From NCBI GenBank assembly GCA_964406665.1, contig CAYOSQ010000003.1, positions 38,641 through 102,640 on the forward strand: DNA of 64,000 nucleotides, written 5' to 3'. The notes below the pieces were generated by a model. The model was given only the letters and a program-made list of their open reading frames with translations. It was not told the DNA's origin and searched no databases. The number at the start of each line of letters is the position of its first letter. The first letter of the stretch is position 1. Of this stretch, positions 1-8,712 are shown in pieces. The stretch is from an uncultured Planctomycetia bacterium. GTDB taxonomy: Bacteria > Omnitrophota > Gorgyraeia > VGKH01 > JBHPFN01. A program made the position numbers and the translations under genes.

Positions 1-1
1 T

Positions 2-469
2 GTAAAAGTAGTTGTCAATATTCAGGGAGATGAGCCTTTGATTCAACCTTCGATGGTAGACAAGCTTGCCCATGAATTATTAGAAGACCCTGAATGTGTA
101 ATGGCTACCTTGGTTAAGCGAATAACTAATCTTGAAGAAATCAATAATCCTAATATAGTTAAGGTTGTAACGGATAGGAGTGGCTATGCTCTTTATTTTT
201 CCCGCTCACCGATTCCTTATAAGCGAAGTGATAGTTTTAGCGAAACAATTTATTTCAAGCATATTGGTTTATATGCATATACTAAAGATTTCCTTTTCAC
301 CTTTAAAAATCTTCCTAAATCTCAGCTAGAAGCTACTGAAAAACTTGAACAACTACGCGTGTTAGAGTCTGGTTTTAAAATCAAGACAGTAGAGACTGAT
401 GTTGAAACTATTGGGGTTGATACCTATGAAGATCTTGAAAAGGTAAAAGAGAAGATGAGAGGTATGTAA
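2..469 (+). CDS. kdsB: 3-deoxy-manno-octulosonate cytidylyltransferase (CMP-KDO synthetase), 5'-truncated by window edge
   Basis: Frame-2 translation from position 2 reads VKVVVNIQGDEPLIQP..., the conserved KdsB GDEPL region. It is followed by the KDO operon. Confidence 0.85.
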   Translation, partial: VKVVVNIQGDEPLIQPSMVDKLAHELLEDPECVMATLVKRITNLEEINNPNIVKVVTDRSGYALYFSRSPIPYKRSDSFSETIYFKHIGLYAYTKDFLFTFKNLPKSQLEATEKLEQLRVLESGFKIKTVETDVETIGVDTYEDLEKVKEKMRGM

Positions 470-1290
470 TGATGAATAGGACAATCAGTTTAAAAAATGT
501 AAAAATTGGTTCTAAAAAACCCATCATATTGATTGCCGGACCTTGCGTAATCGAAGATAAAAAGAGTTGTATCGCTATCGCAAAAAAGCTTAAACAAATT
601 ACCTCTGAGTTAAAGATACCTTTTATTTTCAAGGCTAGCTATGACAAGGCTAATCGTAGTTCTTTGCGATCTTTTAGAGGTTTAGGTATTGATAAGGGCT
701 TGGATATTTTAAGCGAGATTAAAAAAAATATCAAAGTTTCCATTTTAAGCGACGTTCACAATATTAATGATGTAGAAAAAGCTGCGAAAGTGCTAGATGT
801 TATCCAGATACCGGCTTTTTTGTGCAGGCAGACTGATTTAGTTTTAGCGGTAGCTAGAACTAAAAAGATCGTAAATATAAAAAAGGGACAATTTCTTGCG
901 CCATGGGATGTAAAACAAGTAATTAAAAAGATTGAAAGCACAGGGAATAAAAAAATAATCATAACTGAGCGCGGAACAAGTTTTGGATACAATAATTTAG
1001 TTAGTGATTTCCGCTCGTTAGTAATTATGGCTAAAACTGGCTATCCTGTTATTTATGATGCCACACATAGCGTGCAGCTTCCTGGCGGGGCGGGAGTAGC
1101 CTCTTCCGGAGAAAGCGAATACGCAATTAATTTATCTCGCGCTGCTACGGCTGTTGGTTGTGCAGGGTTATTTCTTGAAGTGCATCCAAATCCTAAAAAA
1201 GCATTGTGCGACGGTCCAAATATGCTGGCCATAAAAGATATGAAAGATTTCTTAAAGCAAATTAAAGCAATAGATAGGTTGATAAAATGA
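469..1290 (+). CDS. kdsA: 2-dehydro-3-deoxyphosphooctonate aldolase (KDO-8-P synthase)
   Basis: 273 aa with PFIFKASYDKANRSS and AGPCVIE motifs typical of KdsA/DAHP-synthase-like fold. ATG overlaps the kdsB stop. Confidence 0.9.
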   Translation: MMNRTISLKNVKIGSKKPIILIAGPCVIEDKKSCIAIAKKLKQITSELKIPFIFKASYDKANRSSLRSFRGLGIDKGLDILSEIKKNIKVSILSDVHNINDVEKAAKVLDVIQIPAFLCRQTDLVLAVARTKKIVNIKKGQFLAPWDVKQVIKKIESTGNKKIIITERGTSFGYNNLVSDFRSLVIMAKTGYPVIYDATHSVQLPGGAGVASSGESEYAINLSRAATAVGCAGLFLEVHPNPKKALCDGPNMLAIKDMKDFLKQIKAIDRLIK

Positions 1291-2246
1291 TAATAAAAAA
1301 AGCCAGAGAAGTATTTGATGTTGAAGCAAAAGCAATTCAGAGTTTGAAGAAAAGAGTTGGCCCAGATTTTAAACGTGCGGTCAATTACATTTGTAAGTGT
1401 AAAGGGCGCATAGTTGTTACGGGGATGGGTAAGGGTGGAATAATCGGTCAGAAAATCTCTGCCACCATGTCTTCTTTAGGCACTCCTAGTCTTTGGCTGC
1501 ATTCTGCTGAGGCAATCCATGGTGATTTAGGCAGAGTTGCTAAAGATGATGTGGTTATTGTCTTATCATACAGCGGAGAAACTCAGGAAGTTAAAGGATT
1601 ATTACCCTTACTTAAGAAGATGGGGATCAAGATTATCTCCATTACGGGAAATACAAAATCAACTTTAGCAAAATATAGTGATATTGTTTTAGACATAAGC
1701 GTAAAAAAAGAAGCTTGTCCTTTGGGGCTTGCTCCGACAACAAGCACGACAGCAATGTTGGCAATGGGCGATGCGCTTGCAGTATGTGCGTCGGATAAAA
1801 AATCATTTAAGCGTGAAGACTTTGCGTTTTTCCATCCCGGCGGTGCTTTAGGAAAGCGTCTACTGCTTAAGGTTGAAGATATTATGCGTAAAAGCCAATC
1901 TAGTCCTGTAGTCAATCAGGAGAAAAAAATTAAAGAAGTACTTTTTGCAATTACCAAAGCGCGCGCTGGTTCAGCTACGATAGTTGATAACAAGGGAAAG
2001 CTGGTGGGGATATTTACTGACGGGGATTTGCGAAGACATTTAGAAGACGACCCAAATCTTTCAGAGAAAAAAGTTATGCAGGCGATGACAAAATCTCCTA
2101 CTGTAGTTTTTAAAGACATGTTAGCGGCCGAAGCACTTAGAATTTTACAAGAGAAAAAAATAGACGAGCTACCGGTAGTTGATATAAACAATAAACCAAT
2201 CGGCCTTTTGGACGTTCAAGACCTACTTAAAGCAGGATTAGTATAA
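1287..2246 (+). CDS. kdsD: Arabinose-5-phosphate isomerase (SIS domain + tandem CBS)
   Basis: 319 aa. SIS motif region GRIVVTGMGKGG, C-terminal CBS pair. ATGA overlap with kdsA. Confidence 0.85.
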   Translation: MIIKKAREVFDVEAKAIQSLKKRVGPDFKRAVNYICKCKGRIVVTGMGKGGIIGQKISATMSSLGTPSLWLHSAEAIHGDLGRVAKDDVVIVLSYSGETQEVKGLLPLLKKMGIKIISITGNTKSTLAKYSDIVLDISVKKEACPLGLAPTTSTTAMLAMGDALAVCASDKKSFKREDFAFFHPGGALGKRLLLKVEDIMRKSQSSPVVNQEKKIKEVLFAITKARAGSATIVDNKGKLVGIFTDGDLRRHLEDDPNLSEKKVMQAMTKSPTVVFKDMLAAEALRILQEKKIDELPVVDINNKPIGLLDVQDLLKAGLV

Positions 2247-2252
2247 TTCTTT

Positions 2253-2774
2253 ATGAAATCAATTAAAGATAGAGTTAAAAAAATTAAATTGTTACTTCTT
2301 GATGTTGATGGTGTTTTAACCAATGGAAAGATAGTTTTTGATAACGCCGGAAGAGAAATGAAGTATTTTGATGTCCAGGATGGCTTAGGTGTTGTTATTC
2401 TAAGAAGAGCTGGAATCAAAACAATAATCATTACTGCTCGTTCATCAAGCATTGTTGCAAAGCGTGCTAAAGATATGCAAGTATTTAAAACATATCAGGA
2501 TGCTCGGGATAAGCTTAAGGTCTACAAAAAAATACTTAAAGACATGAGGTTGTCTAGCAAAGAAGTTTGTTTTATTGGTGATGAATTAATAGATTTATCC
2601 GTTATAAAAAACGTTGGGTTTGGTGTTGCCGTTTCTAATGCAGTCGCAGAACTTAAAAGAGAAGCTCATTATATAACAAAACGACAAGGTGGCAGCGGCG
2701 CAGTACGGGAAGTCATAGAATTAATCTTAAAGAGTCAAAATAAATGGAAGAAAGCCATTAAAATTTACCAGTGA
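2253..2774 (+). CDS. kdsC: KDO-8-phosphate phosphatase (HAD superfamily)
   Basis: 173 aa. LLLDVDGVLTNGKI HAD motif I and overall KdsC length. Confidence 0.85.
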   Translation: MKSIKDRVKKIKLLLLDVDGVLTNGKIVFDNAGREMKYFDVQDGLGVVILRRAGIKTIIITARSSSIVAKRAKDMQVFKTYQDARDKLKVYKKILKDMRLSSKEVCFIGDELIDLSVIKNVGFGVAVSNAVAELKREAHYITKRQGGSGAVREVIELILKSQNKWKKAIKIYQ

Positions 2775-3577
2775 TGAAAAAAATAATCTTATTTTTTATG
2801 ATTTTCTTTATCTCCGGCATGGTAATTGAGGCTGATGAAGCTGAGCAGAAATTTCTTGGGTTTCATTTAACTGGTGTTTCTTCAGGTGGTGATAAAACCT
2901 GGGAAGTCAGGGGTGAATCTGCTGATATCTTCACCGATGTAGTTAAGCTTACGAATATAGTTGCCAATGTTTATGGGGAAGAAGAGATGACCTTAACCGC
3001 AAACGAAGGTAATCTGAATAAAACTGACGGTAATTTACTTTTTAAAGAAGACGTTGTGGCAAGTACGCCTGATGGCGCAAAAATGACAACGGATTCATTA
3101 AGTTGGAATCGAGATAGCAATGTAATTTCCACGGAAGATTTTGTAACGGTTGAGAAAGAAAGTATGGTGGCAACAGGTACTGGTGTTGAAGCAAACACGG
3201 AGTTGAATCAGGCGCAGATGAAAAAAGACGTTACAGTTGAATTCAACTCATTAGATGAAAATAAAAAGATGAGAAAAACGGTTATTACTTGTGATGGTCC
3301 ACTGGAAATTGATTATCAAAATCAAATTGCAGAATTTAAAAATAACGTAGTCGTTACTGACGAACAGGGAAATATGGCTGCAGATTATATGAAGCTTTTC
3401 ATAAATTTTGAGACTAAACAAATGGAAAAAATAATTGCATCGGGTAATGTTAAAATTCAGCGAGGAGAAAATACAAGCTACAGCGAGCAGGCTACCTATA
3501 TTGCGACTGAACAACGTGTAATTTTATCGGGAAAACCAAAATTAATTTTCTTCACCGAAGAACAGGTCGAGGAGTAA
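2771..3577 (+). CDS. LptC/LptA-like OstA-fold periplasmic LPS transport protein with N-terminal membrane anchor
   Basis: 268 aa. N-terminal hydrophobic anchor, beta-rich Thr/Asn-rich body. Sits at the position occupied by lptC(-lptA) between kdsC and lptB. Confidence 0.5.
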   Translation: MMKKIILFFMIFFISGMVIEADEAEQKFLGFHLTGVSSGGDKTWEVRGESADIFTDVVKLTNIVANVYGEEEMTLTANEGNLNKTDGNLLFKEDVVASTPDGAKMTTDSLSWNRDSNVISTEDFVTVEKESMVATGTGVEANTELNQAQMKKDVTVEFNSLDENKKMRKTVITCDGPLEIDYQNQIAEFKNNVVVTDEQGNMAADYMKLFINFETKQMEKIIASGNVKIQRGENTSYSEQATYIATEQRVILSGKPKLIFFTEEQVEE

Positions 3578-3578
3578 C

Positions 3579-4301
3579 ATGCGCTTATTAGAAACAAAAG
3601 GATTGGTTAAAACTTATGATGGACGAGCCGTAGTTAACGGAGTAGATATTTCTATTAGGCGTGGTGAAATTGTGGGTTTATTAGGACCAAATGGTGCAGG
3701 TAAAACAACTACTTTTTATATGATAGTTGGTATTATCCCACCGGATAAGGGAAAGATTGTTTTCGATCAACAGGGAATTACCAGGCTATCAATTCATGAG
3801 CGTTGCCGTTTAGGCATGGGATATCTATCTCAGGAAGCATCAGTTTTTAGAAAACTTTCTGTTGAAGAAAATATTATGGCAATATTGGAGACACTTAAGA
3901 TTGGACCACGCGAACGTAAAAAAAGATTACAATCACTTTTGGAAGAATTGAACATTGCGCATTTGGCAAAGAATAAGGCTTACACCTTATCCGGAGGTGA
4001 GAGGCGTCGTTTAGAGATCACGCGTGCTTTAGTAACCAATCCATCGTTTATACTTTTAGATGAGCCGTTTTCCGGAATAGATCCTATAGTCGTTGCCGAT
4101 GCCCAGGAGATTATCAAAGATTTAAAGAATAAAGGTTTGGGGATTTTACTTACTGATCATAATGTGCGTGAAACATTAGCTATAACAGACAGAGCGTATC
4201 TTATTGCTGAGGGGAGAATCTTAATTTCTGGAAATGCGCAGGAATTAATAAATGACCAAAAAGCACGTAAACTATATTTGGGTGAAGAATTCAGCATGTA
4301 A
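3579..4301 (+). CDS. lptB: LPS export ABC transporter ATP-binding protein
   Basis: 240 aa. Walker A GPNGAGKTT, signature LSGGERRRLEI, Walker B ILLDEPFSGID. Classical LptB N-terminus and length. Confidence 0.9.
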   Translation: MRLLETKGLVKTYDGRAVVNGVDISIRRGEIVGLLGPNGAGKTTTFYMIVGIIPPDKGKIVFDQQGITRLSIHERCRLGMGYLSQEASVFRKLSVEENIMAILETLKIGPRERKKRLQSLLEELNIAHLAKNKAYTLSGGERRRLEITRALVTNPSFILLDEPFSGIDPIVVADAQEIIKDLKNKGLGILLTDHNVRETLAITDRAYLIAEGRILISGNAQELINDQKARKLYLGEEFSM

Positions 4302-4328
4302 GGTTATTGTAAGCTAACAAGGAGAATT

Positions 4329-5234
4329 ATGAAGGCAGAACTTAAAAAAATTGATGCATGCAAGAGACAACTAAACATTGAATTATCTAAAGAGATAATA
4401 GATAAAAAATTTGAAGAAGTATATAAAGAAATCGGCAAGCAGGCTAATATTAAGGGATTCCGCCCCGGGAAAGTTCCTAAGGATATTTTAATTAAACATC
4501 ATGCTCAGCTGGCGCGCGAGGAAGTGTTGAAATCTTTGATTCCTGAGTATTATCAAAAGGCCCTTATGGAGCAAAGTCTTGCTGCTGTAGACTTGCCTGA
4601 GATTCAGGATATTAAATTTACCGATGACTTCCTTTCTTTTAAGGCAGAATTCGAAATTAGGCCTGAGATTAAAATAAAGCAATATAAAGGTTTGAAAGTG
4701 AAAAGGAAATCAGCTGATGTTTCCGATGATGATGTTGAAAAAGCACTGGACTATCTTAAGAAATCAAAAGGAGATAAAGAAGAAGTAAAAATTGACGATG
4801 ATTTTGCTAAAGGTATGGGTTATCCTAGTCTTAAAGAACTTAGAGAGATGCTAAGAAAACAGCTTGAAATTTCCAAGGAACAACAGGTTAAAATGGATGT
4901 GGAAAATCAGGTGATCGAGCAACTAATTAAGAATTCTGACTTAGCGGTTCCCCAAGGTTCAGTTGTTAAGCAGTTAGACTATATGGTTAAGCAGACCAAG
5001 CAAAATCTTGCATATCAGGGAATGAAGCAGGAAGACGTTGAAAAAAAAGATGAGGAATTACGCAAAAGATTCAAAGATGATGCAGCAAAATCGGTTAAGG
5101 TGTTCTTTATCTTAGATAAGATCGCCGAGCTTGAAAATATCAAGATAGAAAAGGAACACGATTTAACCAGAACGGTGATAGAATTTTTGTTAAAAGAGGC
5201 ACAATGGCAAGAAGGGGGTAAAGATGGAAAGTAA
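4329..5234 (+). CDS. tig: Trigger factor lacking the FKBP-type PPIase domain
   Basis: 301 aa. N-domain ribosome-binding signature GFRPGKVP, then a direct transition into C-domain-like helical sequence. Sits upstream of clpP as in tig-clpP-clpX loci. About 130 aa shorter than canonical Tig. Confidence 0.7.
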   Translation: MKAELKKIDACKRQLNIELSKEIIDKKFEEVYKEIGKQANIKGFRPGKVPKDILIKHHAQLAREEVLKSLIPEYYQKALMEQSLAAVDLPEIQDIKFTDDFLSFKAEFEIRPEIKIKQYKGLKVKRKSADVSDDDVEKALDYLKKSKGDKEEVKIDDDFAKGMGYPSLKELREMLRKQLEISKEQQVKMDVENQVIEQLIKNSDLAVPQGSVVKQLDYMVKQTKQNLAYQGMKQEDVEKKDEELRKRFKDDAAKSVKVFFILDKIAELENIKIEKEHDLTRTVIEFLLKEAQWQEGGKDGK

Positions 5235-5823
5235 GAATCAGGTACTTGTTCCTATGGTAGTTGAGCAAAGCAGCAGAGGTGAGAGGGCGTATGACATTTA
5301 TTCCAGACTTCTTAAAGATAGAATTGTTTTTATCGGCACCCCGGTAGATGATCATATTGCTAATATTGTTATTGCGCAGCTATTATTCTTACAGATGGAA
5401 GATGCAAAGAAGGAAATTAGTATTTATATCAACACACCAGGTGGTATAGTAACCGCAGGTTTAGCTTTATATGATACAATCCAGTTCTTAAAGCCGGATG
5501 TTGCTACTTATTGTGTCGGTCAAGCTGCGAGTATGGGTGCTGTGCTTTTAGCTGCAGGAACCAAGGGAAAGCGATATGCGCTTCCACATGCACGTATTAT
5601 GATTCATCAACCTTGGGGAGGAGCTCAGGGAGCAGCCTCAGATATTTCCATTCAGGCCCAAGAAATCTTACGCCTTAAAGATAAATTAAGTGAAATTTTG
5701 GCAAAGCATACCGGTAAATCAATCGAGCAGATTAAAACAGATTCAGATAGGGATTATTTTATGTCATCAGATGAGGCTAAGGAATATGGCATAATTGATG
5801 AGGTTATTTCAGCTAAGAAGTGA
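5224..5823 (+). CDS. clpP: ATP-dependent Clp protease proteolytic subunit
   Basis: 199 aa. Catalytic Ser region GQAASMGA, the His in MIHQP, and the ClpP N-terminus RIVFIG. Confidence 0.95.
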   Translation: MESKNQVLVPMVVEQSSRGERAYDIYSRLLKDRIVFIGTPVDDHIANIVIAQLLFLQMEDAKKEISIYINTPGGIVTAGLALYDTIQFLKPDVATYCVGQAASMGAVLLAAGTKGKRYALPHARIMIHQPWGGAQGAASDISIQAQEILRLKDKLSEILAKHTGKSIEQIKTDSDRDYFMSSDEAKEYGIIDEVISAKK

Positions 5824-5832
5824 GGGAGGAAG

Positions 5833-6975
5833 ATGAGTAGCAAAAAGACATATTTATTAACACCAGGGCCAACGCCATTACCACCAGAAGTAATGGAGGC
5901 GCTTTCGCGTCAGATAATTCATCATAGAACTTCGCAGTTCCGCGATATATTGAAACAGGCTGAAGAGGGCCTGCAGTATGTATTCCAGACAAAGAATGAT
6001 GTATTTATTTTTGCATCTTCCGGAACAGGAGCCATGGAGGCAGCGGTTTGCAATTTACTTTCTGCAGGTGACAAAGCCATAACTGTTGAAGGTGGAAAGT
6101 TTGGTGAACGCTGGACGGAAATCTGCAAAAGTTACGGTGTTGAGCCTATTGTTGTTGAGGTAGAGTGGGGTAAATCAGTTGAACCTAAAGTCATAGGTGA
6201 TCTTCTTAAAAAAGACAAAAGCATCAAAGCAGTATTTACTACTCTTTGTGAAACCTCTACTGGTGTTACAGCAGATATAAAGACTATTGCAGATATTGTA
6301 AAAAAGACTTCCGCAGTTTTGGTTGTTGATGCAATTAGTGGGCTTGGCGCAGTTGATATTCAGACGGATAACTGGGAAGTGGATGTTGTTGTTGCTGGTT
6401 CTCAGAAAGGTCTTATGCTTCCCCCGGGATTAGGTTTTTTAAGCACAAGCGAAAAAGCCTGGAAATTAATTGAAGAATCTAAACTACCAAAATATTATTT
6501 TGATTTGAAAAAAGCCAAGAAGGCGTTAGATAAAACCGATACTGCATTTACACCGGCAATCGGATTAATTATTGCGTTAAATGAAGCTCTTGATATTATA
6601 AAGAAAGAAGGTTTGCAGAATGTATTTAAACGTTTTGCCAAAATGACTGAAGTAACCCGTAACGCTGCTGAAGCTATTGGGCTTTCTTTGTTTCCGGATA
6701 AGGGTTGTGCCTCAAATGCAGTTGTCGCACTTAGGCTTCCTGATTCTATTGATGGAGCAGCATTGGTTAAAACTATGCGGGATGTTAACGGAGTTGGTTT
6801 AGCCGGAGGACAAGCACAATTAAAAGGAAAAATAATCCGCATCGCCCACATGGGCTATATAAAGGAAGAAGATATATTAGCTGGATTTGAAGTGTTGGAG
6901 AAGGTGCTTGCAGAAATGGGTCATAAGCTTACTGCAGGTGCATCTGTTAAGATAATAAAAGAGCAACTTTTGTAA
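5833..6975 (+). CDS. Class-V PLP-dependent aminotransferase (serine-pyruvate / alanine-glyoxylate / archaeal-type phosphoserine aminotransferase family)
   Basis: 380 aa. N-terminal LLTPGPTPLP, PLP-lysine context VVAGSQKGL. Confidence 0.8.
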   Translation: MSSKKTYLLTPGPTPLPPEVMEALSRQIIHHRTSQFRDILKQAEEGLQYVFQTKNDVFIFASSGTGAMEAAVCNLLSAGDKAITVEGGKFGERWTEICKSYGVEPIVVEVEWGKSVEPKVIGDLLKKDKSIKAVFTTLCETSTGVTADIKTIADIVKKTSAVLVVDAISGLGAVDIQTDNWEVDVVVAGSQKGLMLPPGLGFLSTSEKAWKLIEESKLPKYYFDLKKAKKALDKTDTAFTPAIGLIIALNEALDIIKKEGLQNVFKRFAKMTEVTRNAAEAIGLSLFPDKGCASNAVVALRLPDSIDGAALVKTMRDVNGVGLAGGQAQLKGKIIRIAHMGYIKEEDILAGFEVLEKVLAEMGHKLTAGASVKIIKEQLL

Positions 6976-7050
6976 TTTATTTTGTTTCTTTAGCGGATAA
7001 TTATCTCAAGCTGAGAAAATATCCGCTTTGGTATTAATTAAGGAGGGGTA

Positions 7051-8001
7051 ATGTTTCGATCACAAATTAAAGTATTAGATTGCACTATCCGTGACGGAGG
7101 TCTTATCAATAATCATGATTTCGATAGACGTTTTGTGCGCGAAGTATACAAGGCCGTGTCTGCTGCAAATGTTGATTATATCGAGCTAGGCTACAGGAAT
7201 TCAAAGAAGATGTTTTCTCAGAAAGATTTCGGCTTATGGAAATTCTGCGATGATGAAGAAATAAATAAAGTTATCGAAGGTATTGAGTCTAATACAAAGA
7301 TTTCCGTAATGTGTGATGTCGGCCGAGTAGAAGAACAAGACGTTAAGCCAAAGTCAGAGAGCCCGGTAGATATGATAAGGGTTGCAAGTTATGTTAAGGA
7401 TATTGATAAAGCAATCGCCTTAGTAAATCAATTTGATGAAAAAGGGTATGAAACCACTATTAATATTATGGCGATATCCCGCGACCAGGATAGATTTCTA
7501 GACGAAGCGCTTGAACAGGCGGAGAAAGAAAGCAAAGCTCAGGTTATTTATATAGTTGATAGTTTTGGTGCGCTTTATCAAGAGACTGTTGAAGATCTGG
7601 TTAAAAGATTCAGGAGAATTGTTAAGACAAAAGAAGTTGGTTTTCACGGACACAACCACCAGCAGCTTGCTTTCGGCAATACAATCGAGGCTATAATGCA
7701 TAATGCTAATTATCTTGATGCCACTGTTTATGGTATTGGTCGCGCTGCAGGAAATTGTCCCTTAGAGCTTCTAGTGGGATTCTTAAAAAATCCAAAATTC
7801 GATATTCGTCCTCTATTGGATTTGATTTCTAAAGAGCTTATTCCTTTGAGGGATCAGATAGAATGGGGGTATATAATTCCTTATGCAATATCGGGAATGA
7901 TGAATATCCATCCTCGTGCAGCAATGGCGCTGAGAAACAGTGAGCAGAAAGAAAACTACAGGGAATTTTTTGAAAGCCTGGTAAATACCGACGAAGTCTA
8001 G
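7051..8001 (+). CDS. DRE-TIM metallolyase (HMGL-like; 4-hydroxy-2-oxovalerate aldolase-like) aldolase
   Basis: 316 aa. LDCTIRDGG N-terminal motif and FHGHNHQQLAFGNT...GIGRAAGNCPLE metal-site motifs, as in DmpG/HMGL-like enzymes. Confidence 0.7.
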   Translation: MFRSQIKVLDCTIRDGGLINNHDFDRRFVREVYKAVSAANVDYIELGYRNSKKMFSQKDFGLWKFCDDEEINKVIEGIESNTKISVMCDVGRVEEQDVKPKSESPVDMIRVASYVKDIDKAIALVNQFDEKGYETTINIMAISRDQDRFLDEALEQAEKESKAQVIYIVDSFGALYQETVEDLVKRFRRIVKTKEVGFHGHNHQQLAFGNTIEAIMHNANYLDATVYGIGRAAGNCPLELLVGFLKNPKFDIRPLLDLISKELIPLRDQIEWGYIIPYAISGMMNIHPRAAMALRNSEQKENYREFFESLVNTDEV

Positions 8002-8013
8002 TAGGCAAAATAT

Positions 8014-8649
8014 ATGGATGTAAAAAGTTTCCTTCAGCTTCCCATAATGGGGATTTTACGCGGTGTTTCTTCTGAAAGTATAATTCCACTTACAGAATCA
8101 GCAACCTCTTCCGGTTTAAAAACAATCGAGATAACAATGAATACCTCAGGTGCGCCTGAACTTCTTAAGAAGATGGTTAAGGTTGCTTCTGGTAACCTTA
8201 CCATAGGTGCTGGCACTGTTTTAAGCGAAGATGATGCAAAAGAAGCAGTTGATTCTGGGGCAACGTTCATTGTTTCTCCAACACTTGTTTCAGAGGTTGT
8301 AGAGTATTGTGCAAAAAACAAAATTCCTGTATTTCCTGGAGCATTTACTCCCCAAGAAATCTATAATGCCTGGAGAGCTGGAGCAACCATGGTTAAAGTG
8401 TTTCCGGCAAAGTTCTTTGGCCCCGCATATTTTAGAGAAATCAAAGGCCCTTTCAACGATATAAAACTTCTCGCCTGCGGCGGAGTTAATGAAGATACGA
8501 TTGAGCAGTTTTTTGTATCTGGAGCAGCAGCAGTTGCTTTTGGTGGAAGCATTTTCAAAAAAGATCTAATTGAAAGAAAAGATTTTTCTGCAATTGAAAA
8601 AAATATTAGATGTTTAGTTAACAAGGTGAAAAAAGTAAGCTCATCTTGA
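8014..8649 (+). CDS. eda: 2-dehydro-3-deoxyphosphogluconate / 4-hydroxy-2-oxoglutarate aldolase
   Basis: 211 aa. ILRG...IEIT...GAGTVL...FIVSP...GA.TP.E and KVFPA motifs typical of the KDPG aldolase family. Confidence 0.8.
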   Translation: MDVKSFLQLPIMGILRGVSSESIIPLTESATSSGLKTIEITMNTSGAPELLKKMVKVASGNLTIGAGTVLSEDDAKEAVDSGATFIVSPTLVSEVVEYCAKNKIPVFPGAFTPQEIYNAWRAGATMVKVFPAKFFGPAYFREIKGPFNDIKLLACGGVNEDTIEQFFVSGAAAVAFGGSIFKKDLIERKDFSAIEKNIRCLVNKVKKVSSS

Positions 8650-8674
8650 CGTTTTTTCCAGATAGATATACAAT
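8646..8674 (+). promoter_or_regulatory. Candidate sigma70-type promoter (TTGACG-17nt-TACAAT) for the Cys-rich triplet
   Basis: -35 TTGACG at 8646-8651 (overlaps eda stop). 17-nt spacer. -10 TACAAT at 8669-8674. About 40 nt upstream of the TTG start, with a GGAG RBS. Confidence 0.45.
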
Positions 8675-8712
8675 AATTAACAAAACAAGCCTATCAGTTT
8701 AAGGAGAGAGAC

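Noticed and set aside
408-632. Minus-strand 74-aa ORF, and the many other minus-strand ORFs in the track (e.g. 756-992, 1583-1915, 1916-2191, 6495-6851, 11702-12052, 14206-14682, 23041-23388, 44196-44723, 49514-49915, 50149-50577, 52673-53029)
   Set aside because: Each lies entirely inside a well-supported + strand gene. They have low-complexity, hydrophobic, Ser/Leu-rich translations typical of antisense shadow ORFs in an AT-rich genome, and none has an RBS.
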